Below, one piece after another: positions 11,558-23,000 of a stretch of 64,000 nucleotides of DNA (positions are counted from its first letter, which is position 1; every line of letters begins with the position of its first letter). Where the stretch lies: contig RSEE01000086.1 in NCBI GenBank assembly GCA_003971905.1, forward strand, positions 124,001 through 188,000, given 5' to 3'. Under the pieces are notes generated by a model. That model did no database searches and was not told the origin of the DNA. It was given only the letters and a program-made list of their open reading frames with translations. This DNA is from Moniliella sp. 'wahieum' (Eukaryota). Made by a program: the position numbers and the translations under genes.

Positions 11558-14358
11558 TCATGACGTGCGCCGGCACAGAGGCAGGTCGTCGAGAAGGATG
11601 CGTAGATACAAAGAATTTGAATCGCGGCGAGCAGAACAGCAAGTAGGAGAGAGCGCATGGGAGAGGGGGCAGGGCCCGAGACGTGCAGACGAGACGATGG
11701 GGGAGAGGATGGGACAGGAGCCGAGTGTGAGAGTCTTCCAGGGGAATACGGGTGTGCCTGAGTAACAGCAACGTGGGGCGCGAGACGATTGGACAGAGAA
11801 CAAGGGTCGAAACGTCCGCCGCACCTTAGTGTATGTCCGGATCAGCCCGTCGGCCCCAGCACTGGCAAAGAGCGGGGCAGACGCATGGTACGCCACGCCA
11901 ACACGCCTCTTCGGCCTTGTGTTTGTGTGCGGTGATCTCCTGTACACAGATGGTATTTTGGCCCACCCCACTGGATCTTCCCTCCCTTTTCCTTTTCTTT
12001 TTCTTTCTCCTTTTCCTTCTTTTTTCCAAGTGCGGGGGAGAAGAGCCAGTCGCATCTTGTGGAGCCAGTCCCAGAACCGCACACTGCAATCTTGCCCCCC
12101 CGAAGCCAAGGTCAACCCAGCCGGATCAATGTCGAGGGCCGTGATGGGCGAGTTGTAGCCCTGCATCGACGTGATTCTCCCGTGTCGGTATGGACAAAGC
12201 GCAGGTAACCATCTTCGTGGGCGGTGATGAGCCAGCGGCAAGGTAGGATGGACAACCACCTTTGTTGATCTGGGTCCTGGTCGTGCCGTCGTACGTCTCG
12301 TCCGTGGCAAACTGACGCACTTGACGGCCCGTCTCAATCTCAAAGAGCTTGACGATACTGTTGCTGTAGCCTACTGCGCAAATTCGCCAGTCGCTCGGGT
12401 AGGCAGCCACAGTTGTCGGCACCGGAAGCGACGCATCGGCCTTGCTCCCCTCGGCGGCAGTGCCAGTGCCCAAATACGTCCAGCTGGCCTTGAGAGTGGG
12501 CTGTTTGCCGGCCAACAAGTCCCACACCTTGGTCGTCCCATCGGCCGAAACAGAGGCAAGGTAGCCATGCTCCGTAGACCGCATTGCCTCGTTCGAGGCG
12601 GCACCAGTAGAGGCCAAAGCAGCCCGTGCGGTGGCCGGCAGGAACGAGATGTCCCAGATCGCATCCGTGTGGCCTACCAAAACAGCCAGCTCGGCTTCCG
12701 GATCAAAGGAGGCATAGAGTACCCGGTCGTCCACGGGCATGTGCCACACCCGAATCGTACTGTCCAGCGAAGCACTGTATACGCGCCCCTGCATTGTGCT
12801 AGCCAGCACCGAGGTCACCCCGCCGAGTGACCACGGTAGGTAACAACGGGCGCCAAGTCGGTGGTGAACTTGTGCTGCGTGCCAGAGAGGGGTTTGGGAA
12901 GATCGACAGGCGCTGACGACGAAGGAGGACGGGATGGGTCCAGATTCCAGTACTTGACTGTGCAATCGTCCGAGCCAGAAACCAGCACCAAGCCGCTTTC
13001 GTCAAACGAGATGGAGCGGACCGCATCGAGGTGGTGACGGAGCACATTGAGCGGCTGCCAATGCTGCGCCGCTGCATCCACCTCCATCGTTGCCGATGCG
13101 GGGGGGGGCGCCTTGTCCTCGAGCGACAGAGCAGCAAGTTCGTCCCCTACTTCGTCCGCTGGTTGGCTCCGGAGACGGGTGAAGGAGGCAGGGCCCAAAG
13201 CCCTGAGCTTTTGCATATCGCTGCCTCGCAGAATGGCCGTGACCGGGTGGTCAGCGTCATCCTCAAAGCGAGCACGCTGTTTATGTTTATGCGTTTCCTT
13301 CTCTCCATGGCCCGCTAGGCCAGCTGCGGCCGGCTCAGTCGGCTCCGAGGGCGGAGCGGAGGTCGTACTAGATGGGTCCGAGGGGTCCCGCCGCTGGATC
13401 CCCACGAATGCGTGGAATGGCCATCGTCCGAGTCCTCGGCCGCGCGCCTGCGACGCCCGACTCTGGTGGGACAGAGCGCTTGCGCTTGTCCCGACGGGCC
13501 GAGGGGGGAAGGGCGGTACGCATGGCACGCCTCGGGGCGCGCAGGGGAGGGCTCGTCGGCGATGACGTGGCTGCTGACCGACGGGGGCGAGGTGGCCACC
13601 GACGATTCCTCCGGGGAGCGGGTCAGACGGAAAGGACCTCCGGTGGCGGACATGTCGCCACCCTCGGAGCCCATTGAGGACTCGAGGGCGCGGTCGGAGA
13701 TGGGGTGAAGGGACTTGGCGTAGGTAAGGAAGTTGATTTCCTGCAAACACTGGCTGAGGTAGTCGCGCGCGCGCTTGCGCTCGGCAAGGTCCCGTGCCGT
13801 CGCCTGGGACGCCAGCGCGGTACTGTGTGGGGGGGGTTGGTCTGCGACCCCGGTTCGCTGCCAGGGGGCACCGACGACGGCGGGGGCGCGGGCAGGGCCA
13901 GCGGCTGGCTGGCGGGGGGCGGGACGGTGGTGGGGCCGAGAGGCGGGGGTGTGCCTGCGTTGTACATTGCGCTGCGGAGAGGGTCAGCAGTCAGAAGGCG
14001 GGCGGCAGAGCAAGGAGGCACACATACCGTTCGCTGCGCAGCAGGTACTCGAGCATCTTGATGCGCCGCATGAGCAGCAGCCCACCGTGTCGGCGGCGCG
14101 GTGCTCGCCCTCGAGCAGCGCGACGCGGGCCTGGGGACAAGAAGGAGGGGTCAGCGGGGGGTCAGGAGGATGCGCCGCAGCGGGCGGCAGAGGCGGGGGA
14201 CACCTACGCGCAGCTCGGCGCGCTCGATCTCCCAGTCGTTGCGCTCGCGCTCGTACTGGCGCCACTCGGTCTGAGGTAGTGGAGGATGCCGGCGAGGGTG
14301 TACTCGGGCGGCTGGTCGGCGGGGGCGGGCCCTGGAGGGGCTGTGGGGCGGGGTTCAT
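11558..14358 (-). CDS. Striatin (STRIPAK B''' subunit, Far8/Pro11-like); C-terminus uncertain
   Basis: N-terminal EYTLAGILHYL..EWRQYERERNDWEIERAELR, ARVALLEGE, RRIKMLEY; YLSQCLQEINFLT; C-terminal WD40 repeats (LVSGSDDCTVKYWN, GHTDAIWD, LASGGQDCSVRFWD, FASAGADG). Confidence 0.92.
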
Positions 14359-14716
14359 GGCGGGGCCGGCGGGGCGGGGGCTGCTCGTCGCGGCGAGCGT
14401 CGAGCGCGGGTGACGCGGCGGCAGTGGGGTCGAGCGCCGGCGGCGGCGTGGGCGGCGGGCAGGCGGCAAGCGACGCTGGATGCGGGTCCTTCGGGCGGCG
14501 GCGGGGTCCCTGGGCGGAATGGCACAGTGCCCCTGAGCCGCGGCTGCATTCCGCTCGGGGGGGTCAGAGGGGCGTTGCCACTTTCAAGCGTCCACTTTCA
14601 CTAGTCACTTTCGCCACTGGCCTGTGTCTGTCTGTCTGTCTGTCCGTGGAGCGAGGTTTAAACCATAGATAGACATAGCATAGCATAGCCCCGCCGCCCA
14701 GAATACACACAACTTC

Positions 14717-16767
14717 TTATCTTCCTCGTCTGCCGGCGCGCCGCGCTCTAGTCGCCGCCCGTGCTGCTGCTGGCGGTGGGAGAGCTGGCGCGCATCGTCC
14801 CAGTAGCCCTGCTGCTTTTCGTCTGCCCGGGGCTGGGGCCCCGCCGCCGCCGCTCGGGCGCTCCATCGGCACAATCAAACAGCCACAGCAGCAGCCGCTC
14901 GGCAGCCGCAGGTGGCACAGCGTCTCGACCAGCGCACGCGTCACGCGGCCATCCGTGTTGGAGATCCCCGGGATGGAGAAGGGCTTGTTCATCAGCGCTT
15001 CTTGCCCTTGGTAGATCGCCGCGTCATACAGCGCCGCCCCCAGCATCATCCCACAAATCGGACCCAGGATGCACACCACAACCACGCCAGGCCGTCGTAT
15101 GTCCACAGCTCTCTCCGTCCATAGCCGACTGCGTACAGCGCCAGCTATTCCGCCATATATCACAGGCCGTAGTGCGCGTGTCCCCAGTCAGCCCCATGTT
15201 CACTTAGTAGCATCTCCAAACCGGGGGACGTACCCTAGGACCCAAGTCTCGCGACGGGTTCAAGCCTGCACCGTCGACGTAGGCAAAGGAAGCAATTAGG
15301 CCAATGATGGCCCAGAGGAGCAGCATCGGACCCATCCCTTCCGGCGGAGGTGTGTTGTGTGCATCGCCCGAAGCCAAGATGATGATCATCAGCACTGCTG
15401 CCCAGTACCTCGTTCCAAAACGCCGAAATCGTATGCCGACCGTTGCGGGCTCGACAACCTCTTGGATGGGGCGGTCAGGAACCCGCCCGCACTGCCATGG
15501 TGAGGTGCGGGTCGTACAGCGTGATCGCATGACGGTAGACGCCGAACACACAGAGTGCAGCCACAAAGGAACCGGCCACCTGGGCTAGAATGTACGCCGG
15601 GATCCGTCGTGGTGGAAACCCCCGGTGCACAGAAAAGGTAAGGGTGACAGCAGGATTGAGATGGCCACCACTAATCCCACCCGAGGTCCAGATCCCACAG
15701 CCGGTAGCTACCCCCCAGGCAATCGCTTCAGACAAGGTATTGCCTTAACACTTCCCCCAGCCAGGGTAGAGAGGGTGACTTGGCAATTGGCTGCCAGACC
15801 GATTGTCAAACTGCAAAGTAAGGGAACAATCACAACGGAGGACAAGTCAGTCGGGGCTCTTATTGAGACGTCGTCTAACAATCACAGTTCTTTCGTGCAA
15901 CAGTGAGAAAAAGAGTCAAAGACCAATGTGCTTCCTCGCCTTGGCCTGACCTTCTGCTTCAGTACACGGGGGCAGCAATACGCACACGATAAATGTTCCG
16001 AGAAACTCAGCGAGACTCTCGAAACTCGAACCGGAATCTAGCAATGGGGTTGGGGAACGTCTTTGGATCCCGTGTAACTTCTCCACTCGGCGTTCGAGGT
16101 CGTGCAAAATCGCTGGTTCGGCAGTCAACACGCCATCGGGGCGGGCCATGGTCTTGCGCTTGTTGAGCAAATCGGCGGAACGCATCAAGATCTCTTGAGG
16201 ATGAAGTCGATCTTTTCTTTTTTTGTTGCAGTCAGATCGGTATCGTCGTCGTCAGCATCGGGTGAACGGTGGTGCAAACCGGGTTTTTCGTGTTCGGTAG
16301 CGCTTGAAGCCTTGCCTGTTGAACCCTCTGAACCCTCTTCATCGCCAGCTTCGTTTTCAATATCGAGATGGGAGGGTCTCTGAGCCAGTGGCGTCGTGGT
16401 GACTGGCGTTCGAATTGGGTTTGCGCTTGGAATTGGCCGAGGCCGTACCAGCGGGAGCTAGGACAGTGTGCCAGTGACCGTCGCGAAAGACACTGACAAA
16501 GTCTCCAAACGGATCCCTGCGCAGTTGAGAGCCGTCATCGGCGATCCGCCATGGGGTAGTCTTGCCGGTTCATGTCGTTGGCAGAGTGGGAAGAAAGACG
16601 GTCCATGTGCCATCAATTCTTCCCGGACGATCTGCCTCAGCTCATCGGCCGTTGCCTGGGGCAGCGTGTGCGCCTTGGAAGCATCTTAGCGCCAGTAGAG
16701 GCGGGTGTTGGAGTTGACCCTGTTGGGGTGTGCGGTTCCCACTGGAACGGGACTGCTTGTCGGCCAT
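14717..16767 (-). CDS. Aquaglyceroporin (MIP family, Fps1/GlpF-like) with long N-terminal extension; ends approximate
   Basis: ESLAEFLGTF, SGGHLNPAVT, YILAQVAGSF, LNPSRDLGPR, GPICG; introns near 15986-15830 and 15230-15165. Confidence 0.88.
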
Positions 16768-17690
16768 GGTGCAGTAGAGTCACTCTCTGCTTGGCGTTTC
16801 TGCAGGGGGCAATGTGTTGTGGGATTTGTCAACCAAAGGTGAGAGAGGCAGGGTGTAGAGGAGAGGGTTAGCAGGCTGAAAAGGCACAATCGTGGGCGTG
16901 TACTCCCTGCCTCGAGAAGGACGGGGTATGGGAGGATGGGGAAGGAGAGTGGAGGGTGTGAGAAGCGGGGGCCTGATACGCCGAGGGAACACACGGGATG
17001 ATGAATCTGGTGTATATGTACACTGAAGAAGCTTTCGGCCGACTCGGATCTAGGGGCAGGGTCTGTATGGCCTGATACGGGGACAGACTGCCTGAGGGGG
17101 GTGCTACGACAGCCGATGTCATGCTTATGGGAGTAGGTGAGGCCCTGAGGATCGAATCCCAGATCCATGTATAGGGTGCGCCTCGTGACGGAGGGCTTTC
17201 TCTCTTCGGCAGTACTTACTTTTTTTGAGAGCGGTTAAACGTTCAAGTTGAACGTTCATCGACATCATCGAACGCTCGTCGTTGTCACATTGCACATCAC
17301 GGCCGACGTTGCGGGGCTATGAGATCAGAGATCTGAGAAGAGCTGGCAGCGCGTGCGTGGCGATCTGCCCGATCTCCATTGGTGGGAGGGGGTGTTGGTG
17401 CTGCTGGGGCTCCGAGTGCGTCGTGTGCGACTACCTGGCGGAGGGAAGGCAGCGATGCGTTCGGTGCAAGTGAACTGCCACAAGGCCAATGTGAACCCTA
17501 GCGCCTGGAGCTTGAACATTGAACCTCGATGGGCATTGGCACTTGCAGGCCACACGACACTGGGCGCGTGGCACGTGGCAGACAGGCGGCGGATCAGAGC
17601 ACATGGTTGTTCAGTCAGTCATGCTCGGAATCGTTCCGACCTACCCACCTACCCACCCCTCCTCCCCCCCATCCTGTTGCCCTGCCTGCC

Positions 17691-19413
17691 ATGGTACGCC
17701 CCCCCCTCCTGCTCGCCCTCACACCACCCCCCTGGCCTGACCCTCCTCCTGCCTTCTCCCAGCCCCCCTCGTCCGTCCCCGCGGCCGCCAGCCGCTTCCT
17801 CACTACGTCAACGCCTCCCCCACGCCCTTCCACGCCGTCGCCCAGTCCGCCGAGCAGCTCGAGAAGGCCGGCTTCCTGCGCCTCAAGGAGACCGAGTCCT
17901 GGGCAGGCAAGATCAAGGCCGGCGGCAAGTACTTGCGTCCCCCTCCCGCGTCCCTTCCCGTGGGCGGGTCTGACCGTCTGCTAGCTACACCCGCAACCAG
18001 AGCGCGCTCATCGCGTTTGCCGTTGGCCACCACTTCCGCCCCGGCAATGGCGTGTACGTCGTCGGTGCTCATGTGCGTGCTTGTCCCTCTCTTGCTTGCT
18101 CCCCGCTCACCCCGCTCCTCCCCAGACCGACTCGCCCAACTTCCACATCAAGCCCGTCTCCCGCAAGACCAAGGAAGGCTACCTCCAGTGCGGCGTCGAG
18201 GCCTACGGCGGCGGCCTGTGGTCCACTTGGTTTGACCGTGACCTGTCGGTGGCCGGTCGGGTGATTGTGGCCGACTCCAAGGCCAACACTTCCTTCACCT
18301 CCAAGCTGGTGCACATCAAGCAGCCGCTGCTGCGCATTCCCAACTTGGCCATCCACCTCAACCGTGGCGCAGGCGACAACATGACGTTCAACAAGGAGGA
18401 CAACACAGTGCCCATCCTTGGTCTTGTTTCGAGCGAATTGAACCAAGAGGCCACCCCAGCGCCAGGGGTGGCCATGGCCAAAGAGGAAGCTGCTGGTCCC
18501 GATGCCGATGCCGCTGTGGGGGCGCCCACGATGGATCAAGCACCACCCTGTGCTTCTGGGTCTGCTTGCCAACGAGCTTGGCGTTGAGGTGGGGGCAATC
18601 CAGGACTTTGAGCTGAGCTGTACGACACCCAGCCTGCTACGGTGGGTGGTGGACAATGCGTTCATCTTCTCCCCGCGCCTGGACAACCAAATGTCGTGCT
18701 TCTGTGCCACCGAGGCCATGGTGGCCTCGGTCGCCGACCCGGCCAGCTTGGTCTCCTCGGGCTCCATCCGGGCCATCTGCCTCTTCGACAACGAGGGTGG
18801 GCTCCGTGTCGACGCATGGCGCCGAGTCGAACCTGCTCGCGAGCACGATCAAGCGTCTGGCATCGGTCCGCGTGACCGGGGGCCCGGTGCTGGACGCGGC
18901 CGAGTACACTGACGCCGAGTCGGCGTACGAACGTGCGATCGCTGCCAGTTTCCTCTTGAGCTCCGACATGGCCCATGCGTTCCACCCCAACTACAGTTCC
19001 AAGTACGAGGACAACCACCGTCCTCGCCTCAACCACGGCCCGGTGGTCAAGACCAATGCGAACCAGCGCTACGCCTCTACGGGCCCGACCACGTTCCTGC
19101 TCCGTCGCGTGGCCAAGGCGGCTGGAGTGCCGCTGCAGGAATTCGAGGTGCGGAACGACATGCCCTGCGGCTCGACGATCGGGCCCATGCTTTCCAAGAT
19201 GGGCATCCGCACCGTCGACCTGGGCAACCCACAACTGGCCATGCATTCCATTCGTACGTCCCATGTCCCATCCCACGTTCCTCCTCCCCGAGCTTGGCTG
19301 ACCACGTTGCAGGCGAGATGTGTGGGTCCAAGGACCCCGAGTACAAGATCAAGCTCTTTGAGGCCTTCTTTGAACACTTTGAGAAGATCGACCAGGAACT
19401 CGTGGTGGACTAA
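17691..19413 (+). CDS. APE4: Aspartyl aminopeptidase, peptidase family M18
   Basis: NASPTPFHAV, TDSP, EAYGGGLWSTWFDRDLSVAGRV, IPNLAIHL, SPRLDN, FDNE, SSDMAHAFHPNY, CGSTIGP, MHSIR(E); several short introns; TAA at 19411-19413. Confidence 0.94.
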
Positions 19414-20055
19414 GAGCTCGCTTTGGCGTTCCCTTGCCCAATCCGAAATCATATATGACCTACCCCCTCTCAGCTGGTAGGGTTAGTTTTTGCTTTGCTG
19501 CCAGGTAGGCGACATGTGATTAGATCGTCCACATTCACTACGATAGGGGAACACCCATCATTTCAGGATGAGCTGAGGGAACCGGTAACGCTACAACCCA
19601 GTCTCGGCGCGGTCCATGCCTCTGCAGGGATTCACCATGTGGTCGTACCCATCATGCGAGAATAAGAGGGGGGTCTGTTTCACTCATGAATTTCGCGGCG
19701 GATGTGGTAGATTTGTATGAGGACAGACTGCTATGAGTTCGGCACAACAGTGGCGCAACTGCAAGCATGGGGTGTAATAGTCGGATGGACACCAGCGGAG
19801 AGACAATAGACAACACACATGGTCGCAATAGCATGGCAATGAATCATAAACAGATGGAAAATGAAGAAACGAATGGAGTGACAGGTGCAAACCTGCTCAC
19901 ATCCTGGGAATTGTGGGGGCGCGGGTGCAAAAGGCAAAGGGTGCAAACGGCAAAGAAAGCAAAGAAAAGGTGCAATGGACAAGCACGTCCGTCCATCAAC
20001 ACGTAGACAAAACAAAACAAAACATAAACTTCAAATACGAGCCAGAGGTCGACCC

Positions 20056-23000
20056 TTACTGGCGGGGAATGGGCAGGGGCGGGCGGGTGACTGAAGGGGC
20101 GGCCGTGGAGGGTGGCTTGGCGCTTCCAGGCGCAGCGGGCGTTTTAGGAGGCGGAGGCTTGCCCCCCCGTCCAGGGGTATATTTGGCCTTGAGCCGGAAC
20201 AGTTCGCCATCTCATGTTCGAGTGACCGTTTGCTCTCTCGGATCCGGCCCACCTCCTCAAACATCTTGAGAACTCCTTGCCCAAGAGGGCCTTCATTTGG
20301 CCAGCCGTAGCTTCGGCAGTGACCTTGGAATATTCTCCTCCGGCGGCAGACACAGCCTTGACCATCTTGTTGTGCTGCTCCTCGGTCTTCTTGATCATAT
20401 CCCCAAACGACGCTTGCATCCCTTAAAGGCCACGTCAAAGGACTGGGCCGTCGCTTGGGAATTTGTTGCATCGTCCCCAACAGCTGCTCCACAGCTGAGA
20501 AAACAAACAAACACAAGTCAGTTATAGATCGAAGAAAGAGGACGTAAGGGGCACGCACCTGCTTTGGGATCGGTTTCTTGTCGCGAGCAAGTCGGGCAGC
20601 ACGGTCCGATTCATGAGCCTTCTGAAGCTCGCCCAGCTGTTAAAACGTTAGTATCTTCTCTCCTCTCATGGGTACCTGGACTGGACATACCTTCTCCTCA
20701 AGCGCTTAATCACGCTGCGTTCACTTCTCCTCCTTCTCCAGTACCGCCACGGTCGCCTTATGATGGGCATCCAGGGCAGCTGTGCGGGCTTCGTCCAATT
20801 TTTTGGCCTCTTCGTGCTCTTTCTTCTTGGCCTCTTTGGCCGCCAACATGTCTTGCAAGATGGCCTCCATCGCCTTGCCCATCGTCTGCACATTGGCATG
20901 GGTCTCTTGGAGCATCTTTTCAGACTTGTCCTCCTCCTTTTTGCCCTCCTTCTTTTCTTCCTTTCCCCCCTCCTTTTTGCCTTCCTTACCCTTATCATCC
21001 TTTTTCTCGGGCTTGTCTTCCTTGGGTGGATCAACTTTTTCACCAGGCGGAACGAGTGGTGCAGGAGGTGGGCCTCCCTCTTTCGCAATCGGGCTCGGGG
21101 GAGGCGCCATACTTTTGGGGCCTGCCAAGGTGATCTCCTTGGGTGCTGGGGAGCTTTCAGAGGTTGGCGGGTGGGGGTTCAGACTTGGTCTCGGTCGGAG
21201 GGGCGTGCTTGGGAAGGTCGGGGAGCACGATGGGCGCAGGCGGTTCCAATGTGGGCAGAATGTGCAGTCAGGCGGCTTGTCGTGGGAGCCAGGATCGGCA
21301 AACGGCTCAAACTCCCGTGTCTGCACCTCGGGCATCTCGAACGGCGCAGAGCCCTGACCAATGTGCGAACGGGCTTGGAGAAGATAGGGTGTCATCCGTG
21401 GATCCACCTCGTTGGGTTGGTCGGCTTCTGCAGGTCCAGTGCCGCAAGGCCAAGATCGATCTCTGGCTCCTCATCTTTTGGCGGTGGGGGAGGCACATCG
21501 TCTTCTTCTTCCTCGGCCAGCTCCCGGTCTTTAGGAGGCGGAGAAGGTGCCCCCTCTGAGCCAGGAGCGTCGGCTCCTCGCTCTTGTGCGACGCGGACTT
21601 GTGAGAAGCTTGTGGGACGAGGACTTGTGCGAGATGGACTTGGCGACCCACTTGCCACAGATGCAGACCTGTAGGAGGCTTCTTCAGGAACAACCGACAG
21701 CGTTCCAGGTTGATCATGCAGGGAGAACTCGGTCGGGGCAAGCGGGCCGTGCCATACACCGAGCCTGTCAAGCAGCTCGAGTCAGTACGGATCGAGGAGA
21801 TGGAAATGGGACATACCTTCCGGTGTCTTGTCCTTGACGGGAGGAGCGGGGGGCTGGACGCTTTATGATCTTCTTCTTCATCAGCGCCCTCACCTTCCTC
21901 AGGCAGCGAAGCCAGAAGCATAACCCCCTTGACCGGCTGGCCGCGCATGAGTTTCTCCATGTCAGGAGTGTCGTCTTCGACCAAGGGGGCACGCGACCCC
22001 AAAACGCCGCCATGCATCGATCCGTCCAGGTCAGCTGCGTCACGAAGGATAAGACCGTTGGGGTCCTTTCCTGATGGAGCGGTCGAGTAAGTACTGCGCG
22101 TGCCCGAATGAGCACTGGAGTGCGCGGAGCGCATGCTGGGCGAGCCGCGGACGCTAGGAGGGGCAGGTGCTCCTTCCTTTACCGATGAGCGCCACGAGTG
22201 AATCGAAGATGTCGGTGCCGTGTGGAACGAGCCATCGCCCGAGGGGGCGTTGGACAGTGCGTTTGTGGGAGGCTTGAACGGCTTGATCCGAATCGAGCCT
22301 GATATCGATCCCTCTGTCCACACGTCCGGCGGTGACGAATGACCCCGGGTGCAGCGGAGGAGCGCGGGAGGCCACAGAGACTGCCTTGGACGGAGCCCGA
22401 GAAGGGGCCCTTGTTGATCCGTGAGAAGAGTGGACAGATGGCGCCACAGGAAGAGCCCTATTAGTGGGGTGAAGAGAGAGGGAAGCTGTCTCCTGGCTCT
22501 TGGCAGAGTTGGGTGGCGACTGACGGAGCGAGACGACGTGGGAAGCGGATGGAGGAGCTTCGAAAAGCTCCCGCATCGACTTGACCGAGGGCGAGTTGGG
22601 CGCCGCAGGGGCCGAGGCGACCATGAGAGGGCTTGGCCGAGCCCTTCTCCGCGATGCATCGCCCGGGTGAGACTGGGATGCCACCGAGGGTCTTTCCTCT
22701 CCACAGAAGCAGCTTTCCCAACCGTCGATGGAGCCCTGTCCTGCCCTTTAGTGTCGGTGGGATTTGGGATGAGACTGCGGGGCAAGGTCACCCATAATCT
22801 CTCGCACCGACGTGGACGGAGAGCCAACATCCTCCATCGATCCTGCCTCCATGGCCCGTGCCGCGTTGTCTGCCACAGCAGCGGCAGCGGTCAACTGGGC
22901 GGTGATGGCCTGGGCAGTATCGGTGGGCATGCCAGTAAAGCCCGACTTGAGGTTGGAAATGGTATTGGAGGGTTGCGCCACTCGTCCGCCCTTCGAGGCG

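Noticed and set aside
1933..19440. Cryptic PTS1 by stop readthrough in PCK1 or APE4
   Set aside because: Stop contexts are not TGA-CTA, and I saw no SKL-like tripeptide closing the frames just downstream.
19652..19834. 60-aa hydrophobic minus-strand ORF
   Set aside because: Lies in the 3' region between convergent genes; no clear signal peptide or codon bias.
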